Assembly (NCBI GenBank): GCA_043798915.1
Contig: JAZDOG010000060.1
Location: 1 to 21,496 of the forward strand
Source: Pseudomonadota bacterium
GTDB lineage: Bacteria > UBA10199 > 2-02-FULL-44-16 > JAAZCA01
Length of the DNA stretch: 21,496 nt
Reading direction: 5' to 3'
The notes beneath the pieces are model-generated. The model was not told where the DNA came from and made no database searches. It worked only from the letters and a program-made list of their open reading frames with translations. How positions within the stretch are numbered: position 1 is the first letter of the stretch; the number at the start of each line of letters is the position of its first letter. Made by a program: the position numbers and the translations under genes. Positions 1 through 8,724 of the stretch are shown here, piece after piece.

Positions 1-300
1 CGCTTCGTGAACTGCAAGGCGGGAATAAAATCTAGAAATTCAATCAAAACCCATCAAGAATATCCCTCCCTGAATCAAACCCAAACCGGCTGGTACACCT
101 CAAACCGGCGATTCTGGCTGGTTTTCAAACCGGCGCGCCCACCATAATGGAACTCCTTTCCTCCTCCGTATTATCTACATTTTCACACGATATATAGTGC
201 GATAGCAAACCAAATCGTCTTTTCAACAGATGGGATAAAGGTTTTGAAAAGATGTTCTAGGGGATTTCAAAACTATTGTTTATTCAACTGCAATGTTGAG

Positions 301-714
301 TTATTTTTTCTTACCCTTTTTGGCATCATCAAATGGATTTGGCCATCGAAGCAACCCACCAATGTGTAAGAAAACAGCCACATCAGAACCTTTAATCCCT
401 GCATCAGCCAAAACTTTATCGCATATCTCCATCAAATTATCATGCTCATCCATGCTAAAGCTCCCACCCCTATCCTTAAAATACTTGGTAACCCTCATCG
501 AACAAACTCTATAGTGATAGTAAATATCCTTCAATTCCTGTCTGGAATGTTTCTCAAGGAATTTTGCTTCATATTTACTAGGGTTTTCTATCACATCTCC
601 TATCGACCCCTTCGGGAACTCTAAGTCAGATTGAGGATATAACTCACCGGCGATAGCAAACCTGCAAATCGCTATGACTACCATCGACGAAATAATTATG
701 ACGATTTTGTTCAT
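301..714 (-). CDS. Hypothetical exported protein (~137 aa)
   Basis: ORF 301..783. The ATG at 714 gives MNKIVIIISSMVVIAICRFAIA, which looks like a signal peptide, and avoids overlap with the upstream gene. No family recognised. Confidence 0.6.
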   Translation of the reverse strand: MNKIVIIISSMVVIAICRFAIAGELYPQSDLEFPKGSIGDVIENPSKYEAKFLEKHSRQELKDIYYHYRVCSMRVTKYFKDRGGSFSMDEHDNLMEICDKVLADAGIKGSDVAVFLHIGGLLRWPNPFDDAKKGKKK

Positions 715-757
715 AGGCGCGTTCCCGCATACCGCATCACCATAAGACTTTCCCACA

Positions 758-1414
758 TCACCGCCCGATGATTTCACCTTCATCCACAGAATGAGGCATT
801 ATTGTTCCCCACCTTACCAGTATGCCCGCATATGTAATGGTGTCGCCTTTGCTTAATTGCATTGCCTTATTTTCCTCGGACTTTTTTACCGTAATTATTA
901 CATCTGCCATAAGGGTGGTTTGGAGATTCTTCACATTAATACTTACATCCCCCCATGTTTTCGTAACTTCCGCAACCTTGCCTCGCCATTTAATGGGCTT
1001 CCCCTTGTATTTGGAATTGAAAAGCTCATCTTTTTGAACATCCGTGAGTTTGCTGTCTATCCCAAACTGCGCATTAAAATCTTTGAAATTCGTGCTAACA
1101 AATTGAGGTTGGGGCGGTGACGGTTGGGTGGCAGGGGATTCCGCTACTACTCCAAATTTGCCGGTTGCAGAATTATATTTAACAGCCTCATTTCCCTGTT
1201 CAACAGCTGACTGACTTTCCTGCACTTTCTGGCCTTCAATAACTTGTTGTTTTGTCAGTGGTGAAGATACAACGCTCAAAATAAAAAATAACAGGCAGGC
1301 AATGCCAATTTTTTTCACGGGTCTTTTTTTCACAGCATTAACAATTACCCACACCAACGTTATCGTAAACCCAAGTGCGGTGAGCTGGTTAATTGTCGAG
1401 GATGATGAAAACAT
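758..1414 (-). CDS. Membrane-anchored protein with C-terminal OB-fold (tRNA_anti-like)
   Basis: AGGAG RBS upstream. Two N-terminal hydrophobic segments and a Pro/Gln linker. The segment KYKGKPIKWRGKVAEV...LSKGDTITYAG matches the extracytoplasmic OB-fold pattern. Confidence 0.7.
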   Translation of the reverse strand: MFSSSSTINQLTALGFTITLVWVIVNAVKKRPVKKIGIACLLFFILSVVSSPLTKQQVIEGQKVQESQSAVEQGNEAVKYNSATGKFGVVAESPATQPSPPQPQFVSTNFKDFNAQFGIDSKLTDVQKDELFNSKYKGKPIKWRGKVAEVTKTWGDVSINVKNLQTTLMADVIITVKKSEENKAMQLSKGDTITYAGILVRWGTIMPHSVDEGEIIGR

Positions 1415-1620
1415 ATAGCTCCTTTCTCTATCCTAATGGCTCTGACTGAGCAGCATATTCGGGGGAAATGATTACTGCCCAGAAGGTGCGCTTAATACAG
1501 ACCAATGCTAGGAAATGATACCTACTTAACACTCTATAATATATAGCATATCTAGCAGTATTCAATGAAATAATCAAACCTTACTACTACCTCTCGGTGG
1601 GTTTATAGCACTACTTATAA

Positions 1621-1639
1621 ATGCTAAAAATTTTAGCAT
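1621..1639. promoter_or_regulatory. Perfect inverted repeat overlapping the XRE start; candidate operator
   Basis: ATGCTAAAA-A-TTTTAGCAT, covering a TGcTAAAAA extended -10-like element and the first two bases of the ATG at 1638. Confidence 0.45.
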
Positions 1640-1865
1640 GAAATTCAGAGATTTCCGAGCTGTCATTGTAAGGAATATAGTTCGTCACCGACAGAAAGCT
1701 GGACTTACCCAAGAGGGGTTGGCAGAACGGGCAAGAATGAATGTGAAGTATCTTCAGCGTATTGAACAACAAAAACAAAACCTGACTTTGCGGTCGCTCT
1801 GGAAAATCTGCCGCGCCCTAAAACTACATCCGCACAACTTCTTTCAGCCCCTCCGAAAGAAATAG
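1638..1865 (+). CDS. XRE/Cro-C1 family HTH transcriptional regulator (controller-protein-like)
   Basis: 75 aa with the RQKAGLTQEGLAERARMNVKYLQRIEQQKQNLTLRSLWKICRAL HTH_3 signature. Confidence 0.9.
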   Translation: MKFRDFRAVIVRNIVRHRQKAGLTQEGLAERARMNVKYLQRIEQQKQNLTLRSLWKICRALKLHPHNFFQPLRKK

Positions 1866-1972
1866 GCACACCTTGCCCTTATTCAAGGTCAACCTGCTCC
1901 AAAAGCCAGTTTCGGCACAAAAATCATATCGGTTGCCTGCCTTATGGCGGTTCTAACGTCGTCCACGATTGT

Positions 1973-2020
1973 GAGCAAAGAAAAAGCGCCCCGCCTTTTT
2001 GGGGCGCTTTTTCTTTGCTC
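1973..2020. terminator. Bidirectional intrinsic terminator
   Basis: Perfect 20-bp inverted repeat GAGCAAAGAAAAAGCGCCCC / GGGGCGCTTTTTCTTTGCTC with an 8-nt loop and A/T tracts in both arms. Lies between the convergent XRE and tRNA-His genes. Confidence 0.8.
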
Positions 2021-2065
2021 AAGGACTGCGGATGAAAACCTTGGAGGTTCATCTGATGGTTTTTG

Positions 2066-2097
2066 AAAAAGCCATTCTCGCTCGTCGCGAAAATGGC
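2066..2097 (-). terminator. Intrinsic terminator of tRNA-His
   Basis: Minus strand reads GCCATTTTCGC-gacga-GCGAGAATGGC-TTTTT, 13 nt after the CCA. Confidence 0.7.
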
Positions 2098-2110
2098 CTC
2101 TTCTCCCGCT

Positions 2111-2186
2111 TGGGGTGGCTAGTGGGATTTGAACCCACGACTCCCTGAGCCACAGTCAGGTGTGCTGCCGCTGCACCATAGCCACC
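2111..2186 (-). tRNA. tRNA-His(GTG)
   Basis: GGTGGCTA...CCTGA-CT-GTG-GC-TCAGG...GGTTCAAATCC...TAGCCAC-C-CCA. Full cloverleaf with G-1:C73 and encoded CCA. Confidence 0.97.
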
Positions 2187-2216
2187 ATATTCGTCTTCTA
2201 TCCAAATGTTTTCTGA

Positions 2217-2255
2217 GTGTGCTCCCGCTTCGTTACCGCTGCACCATAGCCACCA
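2217..2255 (-). repeat. Partial direct duplicate of the tRNA-His 5' end (pseudo-tRNA fragment)
   Basis: 2236-2255 is identical to 2168-2187 (20 bp). The GTGC/GCAC D-stem is retained around an enlarged loop. Confidence 0.85.
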
Positions 2256-2277
2256 ATATGACACCGTGCGAGCCGCC

Positions 2278-2306
2278 GTATTAGCGAATTGGAGGCAATT
2301 TGTCCA
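2278..2306 (-). promoter_or_regulatory. Putative sigma70 promoter for tRNA-His
   Basis: TGGACA-17-TAATAC followed by a GC-rich discriminator (GGCGGCT). Confidence 0.5.
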
Positions 2307-2352
2307 TGTTTTCTTGGCCCCGCTTTTCGTGCCCCTGGGGGCAGCAAACTCC

Positions 2353-2380
2353 TTGACACCAAAACGAAAGCTGGTAGAAA
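2353..2380 (+). promoter_or_regulatory. Putative sigma70 promoter for beta-barrel gene 1
   Basis: TTGACA-16-TAGAAA with an extended TG. Confidence 0.5.
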
Positions 2381-2415
2381 CTCGGATTAGCTTATCCACG
2401 AACAAAGGGGGAATC

Positions 2416-3393
2416 ATGAAAAAGATTTTGACGTGCATTTTCGCGGTCGCGGTGGCTGTAATCTTCACGACCAGCCTCGTGAACGCGCAGTCGGCAGCAC
2501 CGGCTGCCAAGAAGGCCCCTGCCGCCAAGGCAGCGAAGTCTGCGCCGGCTTCACCAGCTTCAAACGCACCGACACCGGCCAAGAAGAAACATCACAAAAA
2601 GGCTCATCACAAGGCTGCAGTAGCGCCGGCACCTGCCCCAGCTCCGATTCCAGAGCCTGTAGCTCCGCCACCGCCGCCAACCAAGCACAAGAAACAAAAG
2701 GTTACGGCTGCGGATTTCCCCGAGAAGGGCTGGCACAAGGGGCCGTACGTTGGCGTGAACATCGGTATCGTGCAGACAGCAAAGGATAGCCACATAATCA
2801 CGGAAAGAAACTTCGGAAGTTGGCCGAACCTGGACTTCGGCATAACGTTCGGGTGGGATATCGCGGATTGGATAGGGCCAATGCTGCAGATGAATTTCTC
2901 TACGAAGACTGCTCAGGTCGGTGATTCGAACGGCGGCAACAACGGCGGCGTTGCTTATGCCTCACAACCCACCTTCACATTCCCTGCCGGGACCTTCCCG
3001 GTCGAGCAGTCACGACAGTATCAGACTGATATAGGGTTGTATGCAAAAGCCACGCTTCCCTATTTCACACATGCAGAATGGCAGCCCAAGATGGTCAAGA
3101 TACTGCCATATGCCAAGCTTGGCGCCGCGGGAAGCGCCCTTTTTGTCAACTCCCCAACGAATGCCAATAAAATGGGCGCATTCGGAGGTGGTCCGGCGCT
3201 CGGCGTGGGATGCGAATTCTTCATCTGGAAGGGCTTCTTTGCAGCTTTGGATTTCACGGAATATCTGATCTGGGAGAAGTCGATATCAAGAAACATCACG
3301 ACGGCGAATGCCGGTTCGCAGAACTTCAAACTCACGAAGGGCGGCTTCAATCCGCACTTCTCGCTCTTGGGTATTTTTGGCTGGCACTTCTAA
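2416..3393 (+). CDS. Outer-membrane beta-barrel protein with Ala/Pro/Lys/His-rich N-terminal extension
   Basis: GGGGG RBS before the ATG at 2416. Signal peptide MKKILTCIFAVAVAVIFTTSLVNA. Amphipathic Gly/aromatic strands and a C-terminal ...LGIFGWHF beta-signal. Confidence 0.8.
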   Translation: MKKILTCIFAVAVAVIFTTSLVNAQSAAPAAKKAPAAKAAKSAPASPASNAPTPAKKKHHKKAHHKAAVAPAPAPAPIPEPVAPPPPPTKHKKQKVTAADFPEKGWHKGPYVGVNIGIVQTAKDSHIITERNFGSWPNLDFGITFGWDIADWIGPMLQMNFSTKTAQVGDSNGGNNGGVAYASQPTFTFPAGTFPVEQSRQYQTDIGLYAKATLPYFTHAEWQPKMVKILPYAKLGAAGSALFVNSPTNANKMGAFGGGPALGVGCEFFIWKGFFAALDFTEYLIWEKSISRNITTANAGSQNFKLTKGGFNPHFSLLGIFGWHF

Positions 3394-3415
3394 GTTGTTT
3401 GTTACATGCAAGCTC

Positions 3416-3448
3416 AAAAACCCCAGCCTGACCGGGCTGGGGTTTTTT
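3416..3448 (+). terminator. Intrinsic terminator
   Basis: AAAAACCCCAGCC-tgaccg-GGCTGGGGTTTTTT after the stop at 3393. Confidence 0.85.
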
Positions 3449-3453
3449 GTGCC

Positions 3454-3490
3454 TTGCCATACAGTTGCTAGCTGGTTATAAAATGCGCCC
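3454..3490 (+). promoter_or_regulatory. Putative sigma70 promoter of the tRNA-Arg/Pro pair
   Basis: TTGCCA-17-TATAAA followed by a GCGCCC discriminator. Confidence 0.6.
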
Positions 3491-3493
3491 ATA

Positions 3494-3566
3494 GGGCCCA
3501 TAGCTCAGTGGATAGAGCATCTGCCTTCTAAGCAGAGGGTCGCAGGTTCGAGTCCTGCTGGGCCCG
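3494..3566 (+). tRNA. tRNA-Arg(TCT)
   Basis: GGGCCCA acceptor, TCTGC-CT-TCT-AA-GCAGA anticodon arm, GGTTCGAGTCC T-arm. CCA not encoded. Confidence 0.97.
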
Positions 3567-3586
3567 CAAAAAACGTGCCGCATGGC

Positions 3587-3665
<79 letters not shown>

Positions 3666-3676
3666 GGCGGCACAGC

Positions 3677-4270
3677 TTATTTCAGAATCTCAATCAAAAT
3701 CTTTCTCATCTTAGCAAGAGCTCTTCCGCGGTGGCTGATCTTGTTTTTGCGATCCATCGCAAGCTCCGCCATCGTCCTTCCTTCCGAGGGGACGAAAAAG
3801 AGCGGATCATAGCCGAAACCGCCGCTGCCCATGTGGGCATGCCCTATTATCCCCTCACAGCGCCCCTCGACGTCCCATTCGCGCCCGTCCGGCGATGCCA
3901 GCACCATGTTGCATACAAACGCCGCCCCCCTTCGCCCATCGGGCACGTCCTTCATCTCATCCAAAAGCTTGCGGTTGTTGGCGGCATAATCTCCCTGCCC
4001 TCCGGCATAGCGCGCGGAGCGAACGCCCGGCTGGCCGGCCAGCGCTTCGACCACAAGCCCGGAGTCGTCCGCAAGCGTGAGGCTCCCCGTCGCCAGGCAA
4101 ACGACCCGCGCCTTCTTCCGCGCGTTCTCCAGAAATGTGGCGCCGTCCTCTACGACGTCGGGTATCTCCGGATAATCGTAGATCGAGCTGATCTGAAAAT
4201 TCATATCATCCAGCAGATTCGTGAGTTCTTCCACCTTGTGCCTGTTCTGTGTAGCCAGGACGATCTTCAT
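3677..4270 (-). CDS. rdgB: dITP/XTP pyrophosphatase (HAM1 family)
   Basis: Motifs ATQNRHK, ENARKKA, ADDSGL, PGVRSARY, GFGYDPLF, KNKISHRGRA. Start set at MKIVLAT. Confidence 0.97.
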   Translation of the reverse strand: MKIVLATQNRHKVEELTNLLDDMNFQISSIYDYPEIPDVVEDGATFLENARKKARVVCLATGSLTLADDSGLVVEALAGQPGVRSARYAGGQGDYAANNRKLLDEMKDVPDGRRGAAFVCNMVLASPDGREWDVEGRCEGIIGHAHMGSGGFGYDPLFFVPSEGRTMAELAMDRKNKISHRGRALAKMRKILIEILK

Positions 4271-4277
4271 TGCGCAA

Positions 4278-4337
4278 TTGCTACCAAATTCCGGGATGTG
4301 TGTCACGGCTTGCGTTTTCCCCCTCCCGTGCTAGAAA
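4278..4337. promoter_or_regulatory. Back-to-back divergent promoters, both candidate leaderless
   Basis: Minus strand: GTGACA-17-TAGCAA-7nt-ATG (rdgB). Plus strand: TTGCGT-16-TAGAAA-7nt-ATG (4345). No Shine-Dalgarno next to either start. Confidence 0.55.
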
Positions 4338-4344
4338 CCTCCAT

Positions 4345-4989
4345 ATGCACCGCCTCATCGTCGCCGCCATGACCGCCGCGCTCATCTGCGCCATCGCATC
4401 CCACGCCCAGGCGCGGCCGCGAAAGGGCTTCCACTCGGGCCCCTATCTCGCCCTGGAGGTGGGCGTCGTGCAGGAGGACTTCGACAATAATCGAGTCACG
4501 GGGCGGGACGTCGGCAACAACCTCGAGCCCACCTTCGGCTTCCTCTTCGGCTGGAACATATGGGACTCCTTCTCAGCAGAGCTTCAGGGGCGCTATGCCA
4601 CGTCCACCAACGGCGGAAGCAGGGAGCACATCGCCAATGCAAACGCCTATGCAAGATGGAGCTTCATCACAGACGCTCTGACCAACTTCGAATCGCTCAG
4701 GATCCTCCCGTTTCTGAAAGCCGGACTGGCAGTGAGGGTGGAGGCCCTCCCCGGCGCCCCCACCGCCCCGCACGGGACAGTCACGCGCGTTGGCATCGGA
4801 CCGTCGGTCGGCGGCGGATTGAGTTTTCTGGTGAAGAAGTACCTCTATTTCGGCGTGGACCTGCAGGAGGACCTGTTTACCCTGGACGACCTCAATCAGA
4901 CGGTGAACGGCGTGCCAAACGTGCTCGTCTACAAGGGCGGATTCCATCCATCGTTCAGCGGGGCGGTGATGCTGGGCGTGCATTACTGA
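4345..4989 (+). CDS. Outer-membrane beta-barrel protein, paralog of 2416..3393
   Basis: Signal peptide ending AQA and C-terminal LGVHY. Shares motifs KGFHSGPY, FGFLFGWNI, ILPFLKAG and KGGFHPSFS with gene 1. Confidence 0.8.
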   Translation: MHRLIVAAMTAALICAIASHAQARPRKGFHSGPYLALEVGVVQEDFDNNRVTGRDVGNNLEPTFGFLFGWNIWDSFSAELQGRYATSTNGGSREHIANANAYARWSFITDALTNFESLRILPFLKAGLAVRVEALPGAPTAPHGTVTRVGIGPSVGGGLSFLVKKYLYFGVDLQEDLFTLDDLNQTVNGVPNVLVYKGGFHPSFSGAVMLGVHY

Positions 4990-4996
4990 AAATTTT

Positions 4997-6397
4997 TCAG
5001 AACAACGGAACTTCTTCCTCCGACGCGCCTGCCGGAACCGGCGGTGGAGTATAGGCGTCCATGCCGCGGGCTAGATCGTCGAAGCGCGTGATGTTGCTCC
5101 TGAATGCGAGCATCGCCTTGCCCGTCGGACCGTTTCGCTGCTTGCCGATGATCACCTCCGCCTTGCCGGCGTCCGCGCTGTCCTGGTTATACATCTCGTC
5201 GCGGTAGATGAACGCGATCACATCGGCATCCTGCTCGATGGCGCCTGATTCCCTCAAGTCCGACAGCTGCGGCCGCTTGTCCTGCCTGGCCTCGACGCCA
5301 CGGTTGAGCTGCGAGAGGGCGACCACCGGCACGTTTATCTCCTTCGCGAGGGCCTTGAGCGAGCGCGATATCTCCGAGATCTCGCGCTCCCTGCTCTCTA
5401 TCCTTCCGATGCCGCGCATGAGCTGCAGGTAGTCGATCACGATGAGCCCCAGATTGTGCTCCCTCTGGAGGCGGCGGGCCTTGGCCCTGACTTCGAGCAC
5501 GTTGAGCGCCGGAGAATCGTCGATGAATATCGGCGCCTCCGAGATGAGGCCAGCCGCTCGCGTGAGTTTGGGCCAGTCGCTCTCTCCTAAGAAACCTCCG
5601 CGCAGCTTGGATGCGTCGACCTCAGCGCGCGAACAGAGCATCCTCCTCACGAGCTGTTCCTGCGACATTTCCAGCGAGAACACGGCGCAGACGACGCCCA
5701 CCTCGATGGCCGCGTGTTCGACGATGTTGAGGGCAAAGGCGGTCTTACCCATGCTGGGGCGGCCCGCTATCACGATGAGGTCCGAGCGCTGAAGGCCGCA
5801 AGTCAGGCGGTCGAATTCGTGGTATCCGGTGGGCACTCCGGTCAGGAGTTCCTTGCGCTCATAGAGCTGCTCGATGGCCTTGAAGCTGTCCTTGACGATG
5901 TCCTTGACCGCGGAGAATCCCTTCTTTATCCGCTTCTCCGCCACTTCGAAGATTATCTTCTCGGCGCTGTCGACGAACTCGTCGACGTTTCCTTCCTCGC
6001 GATAGCCGCGCTCGACGATATCCGTCGCGCCTTCGATGAGTCTCCTCATCACCGACTTGTCGCGTATGATTCGAGCGTAGGACGCGACGTTGGCGGAGGA
6101 TGGGACCTTGTCCACGAGCGATGCGAGGTAGGAGGCGCCGCCGACCCCCTCGAGGTCGCCCGATGTCTTGAGGGCGGAGGTCACCGTCACGAGGTCGGCC
6201 GGCTCGTTTCGCTGGTAGAGACCGATTATCGCCTGGAAAATTTTCCTGTGGGCGTCACGATAGAAATCGACGGACTCGATGGTCTCCACCGCCCGGTGGA
6301 TGGCCTCGTTGTCGAGGAGCATCCCCCCGAGCACGGACTGCTCCGCCTCCTGGTTCTGCGGAGGGAGCTTGAGCCTCTGGACCTCGGGAACTGTCAT
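4997..6397 (-). CDS. dnaB: Replicative DNA helicase
   Basis: PPQNQEAEQSVLG, Walker A GRPSMGKT, VIDYLQL, LSQLNR, DLRESGAIEQDAD, KQRNGPTG. No intein-sized insertion. Confidence 0.99.
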   Translation of the reverse strand: MTVPEVQRLKLPPQNQEAEQSVLGGMLLDNEAIHRAVETIESVDFYRDAHRKIFQAIIGLYQRNEPADLVTVTSALKTSGDLEGVGGASYLASLVDKVPSSANVASYARIIRDKSVMRRLIEGATDIVERGYREEGNVDEFVDSAEKIIFEVAEKRIKKGFSAVKDIVKDSFKAIEQLYERKELLTGVPTGYHEFDRLTCGLQRSDLIVIAGRPSMGKTAFALNIVEHAAIEVGVVCAVFSLEMSQEQLVRRMLCSRAEVDASKLRGGFLGESDWPKLTRAAGLISEAPIFIDDSPALNVLEVRAKARRLQREHNLGLIVIDYLQLMRGIGRIESREREISEISRSLKALAKEINVPVVALSQLNRGVEARQDKRPQLSDLRESGAIEQDADVIAFIYRDEMYNQDSADAGKAEVIIGKQRNGPTGKAMLAFRSNITRFDDLARGMDAYTPPPVPAGASEEEVPLF

Positions 6398-6416
6398 AGA
6401 TTACGTGCCCGCAAAC

Positions 6417-6860
6417 TTACTTTTTTACAACCCACACCTTGACTACTCCGGTCACTTCGGAATGGAGCTTCACCGGTATGTCGAAGATGCCCAGCTGCTT
6501 GATCGGCTCTTCAAGATGGATATCGCGGCGGTCGATCACGAAACCCTCGTTCCGCAGCGCGTCCGATATATCCTTCGTCGTCACGGAACCGAAGAGGCGG
6601 TCCTCTTCCCCGATCTCGCGGCCGATGGTGATGGAGAGGGCCTTGAGCTTCTCCGCCAGCTCCCCTGCCGCCTTTTTGACCTTCTCCTGTTTTGCGGCCA
6701 CGGTGCGCTTCTGGTGCTCCAGCTCTTTCAAGTTTCCCGGAACAGCGAGCACCGCCTTCTTCTGCGGCAGCAGATAGTTTCGGCCGTAACCCTCGCGGAC
6801 AGTCACCACCTCACCCGCCTTGCCCAGCTTCACAACATCTTCCTGCAGAATGACTTGCAT
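6417..6860 (-). CDS. rplI: 50S ribosomal protein L9
   Basis: MQVILQEDVVKLG...GYGRNYLLP...LFGSVT. GGAGGAG RBS. Confidence 0.99.
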   Translation of the reverse strand: MQVILQEDVVKLGKAGEVVTVREGYGRNYLLPQKKAVLAVPGNLKELEHQKRTVAAKQEKVKKAAGELAEKLKALSITIGREIGEEDRLFGSVTTKDISDALRNEGFVIDRRDIHLEEPIKQLGIFDIPVKLHSEVTGVVKVWVVKK

Positions 6861-6880
6861 GGTACTCCTCCTTAGTAAGA

Positions 6881-7924
6881 TCAGGCCTGATGCCCGTGCT
6901 TCGCCTTCCAGCTGCGAAGCCTGAAATCAACCCACACATCGGCGACGCCGATTGCGACTATCACCATTCCGATCGTCTGGAAAAAAAATATAATGGCCCC
7001 GTATGCGATCATCTTGATGAGCGGCAGACGGACGCCCTGCAGAAAATATACGACGACCGCAAGCCCCTGGAAAAAGTAGAGGGCCCCTACGCCTATCATG
7101 CAGTTCACCGCGGCCATCTCGAGCCATCCTGTCCGGATGGCATAGTGGTCCGCAAAGAAAGCCAGCCCGCAGCCTATCACTCCCCAGATCGCGTAATCCG
7201 GCAGGCGAAAACGGGCCACGTTGTGCACGTGCGCGAACGCATGGCGCCCATGGATGAGCCTGCGCCCGAGGAGTATGTTGACGACCACTGCCACGAGCGC
7301 AAACACGAATATGAGCGCCGGAGCCACGCCGACCATGAACGAGACAATTTCATCGACATGATCTGCTATGAACCCCAAGTCGGCGCCGTTCTTCCCTGCC
7401 GTCTGGTTCATCTTCAAGACCTCGCCGATCATGCTGCCGAGGTAATTTCTAAAACCGCTGCCGATGCCACCGCCGACCTTGAGGAGGGCCGCCGCGACCA
7501 CCAGAGCAAAGACAGCCAGCCCGGCCAGAAGCGCCGTTCCGCACCACCTCGTGAGGTTCCACTGCCGGCGCACGCCCTCGCCGATGGTGAGGGCCACGAC
7601 TGCGTAGAACAGGAAGTATCCGATGCCTGCCATCGAGAGAAATGCCGACGACACGAAATCGGCCATCGCCATTCCCGGAAGGGGAATGGCGATGCCTCCG
7701 CCCTGTGCATGCACCCCGGCCTGCGGAAGAAAATTAGCGTAGAGCGCAGCGACGGCAGCCAAAGCCATCGCCACCGTGAGAAATCCCAGGCGACGGCCGT
7801 GGATCACCCAGATGTACAAAAGCGACAGCGGCGTGAGTATCACGAGCAGCCCGCTCGAATAGAGGACCACGGCGACCACGGCCGCTATGGCGACATCCCT
7901 CATTTTTTGCACATCAGGCGTCAT
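6881..7924 (-). CDS. DUF2232 (YybS-like) polytopic membrane protein
   Basis: Many hydrophobic segments, C-terminal YFFQGLAVV...[11 protein letters not shown] motif, and the typical position between rpsR and rplI. ATGA overlap with rpsR. Confidence 0.88.
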   Translation of the reverse strand: MTPDVQKMRDVAIAAVVAVVLYSSGLLVILTPLSLLYIWVIHGRRLGFLTVAMALAAVAALYANFLPQAGVHAQGGGIAIPLPGMAMADFVSSAFLSMAGIGYFLFYAVVALTIGEGVRRQWNLTRWCGTALLAGLAVFALVVAAALLKVGGGIGSGFRNYLGSMIGEVLKMNQTAGKNGADLGFIADHVDEIVSFMVGVAPALIFVFALVAVVVNILLGRRLIHGRHAFAHVHNVARFRLPDYAIWGVIGCGLAFFADHYAIRTGWLEMAAVNCMIGVGALYFFQGLAVVVYFLQGVRLPLIKMIAYGAIIFFFQTIGMVIVAIGVADVWVDFRLRSWKAKHGHQA

Positions 7925-8214
7925 ATCAACTGCACCTGTGTCGCCGAGAACGGTATCAGCGCTAATATCCGCGCGCGCTTTATCGCCTGGGCTATCTCGC
8001 GCTGATGCTTCGCGCAGTTTCCGGAGATGCGCCTCGGGACCATCCTGCCCCGCTCGCTCGTGAAGGGAGTCAGAAGCCTTCCCTCCTTGTAATCGATCGA
8101 GAGCTTCTTGTCCGCGCAGAACCTGCAGATACGGCGGCGCGCCAGCGGACGGCCCTTTTTCTTCTTCTTGTCCTTGTCCTTGTCCTTGTCGAACTTTCGC
8201 CTCATGAAAGCCAT
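7921..8214 (-). CDS. rpsR: 30S ribosomal protein S18 (Zn-ligand form)
   Basis: CRFC...IDYK...[26 protein letters not shown], with an N-terminal DK/K-rich extension. Confidence 0.99.
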   Translation of the reverse strand: MAFMRRKFDKDKDKDKKKKKGRPLARRRICRFCADKKLSIDYKEGRLLTPFTSERGRMVPRRISGNCAKHQREIAQAIKRARILALIPFSATQVQLI

Positions 8215-8217
8215 ATG

Positions 8218-8670
8218 CTATTCCTCCTTCTCTGCGGACTTCACATCCGCGTCTGCAGCCTTGGGCGAGCCGCGCTCAAATGCGCCCCTGCCGCCCATCT
8301 CTTCCGTCGTCTCCTCGCCGGGAACGGCGACGGCATCCTCGCCGCGCGCCACGACCTCAGCCGCGCGCGCCTCAATGTCGACCTCCTCCGCCTTGACGAC
8401 GGTGAGGAATCTCAAGACGTTCTCGTCAAGCCTCAAACTACGCTCGATCTCGGTCACCGAGCCGCCGCCCGCTGCATAATCGAGGCAGGTGTAGGTGCCC
8501 TTCGTCTGCTTGCCCACCGGATAGGCCAGGGAGCGCTTGCCCATGTCGCGGGCGAAGAAGAGCCTTCCCTCGTGCTTCTCGACTGTGGTTTTGAGACGGT
8601 CGATGAGCTGCTTCTGCTGGGTGTCCGGCAGATTAGGCTGGGTGATAAATACAGTCTCGTATTCTCTCAT
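8218..8670 (-). CDS. rpsF: 30S ribosomal protein S6
   Basis: MREYETVFI...GKRSLAYPV...ENVLRFLTV. GAGGAGG RBS places the start at 8670. Confidence 0.98.
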   Translation of the reverse strand: MREYETVFITQPNLPDTQQKQLIDRLKTTVEKHEGRLFFARDMGKRSLAYPVGKQTKGTYTCLDYAAGGGSVTEIERSLRLDENVLRFLTVVKAEEVDIEARAAEVVARGEDAVAVPGEETTEEMGGRGAFERGSPKAADADVKSAEKEE

Positions 8671-8674
8671 GCAT

Positions 8675-8724
8675 CCTCCTCGTGGTTCGTTATGAGGCCC
8701 TGGGACAATCCCGGGACCAAGGAG
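8675..8724 (-). promoter_or_regulatory. Putative rpsF (S6:S18) autoregulatory leader RNA
   Basis: Minus-strand CTCCTTGG can pair with CCA..AGGAG (the SD). It encloses the hairpin GGTCCC-GGGATTGTCCC-AGGGCC. Confidence 0.55.

Noticed and set aside
3..35. Possible 3' end of an upstream gene (LRELQGGNKI*)
   Set aside because: Too short to support or identify.
2392..2400. DnaA-box-like TTATCCACG
   Set aside because: A single 8/9 match with no cluster or unwinding element, so it does not support an origin.
2049..2582. 177-aa minus-strand ORF and the upstream extension of 2206..3393
   Set aside because: The minus-strand ORF overlaps tRNA-His and the beta-barrel gene. The RBS and signal peptide place the real start at 2416.
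4997..6397. Intein in DnaB
   Set aside because: Length (466 aa) and motif spacing are normal.
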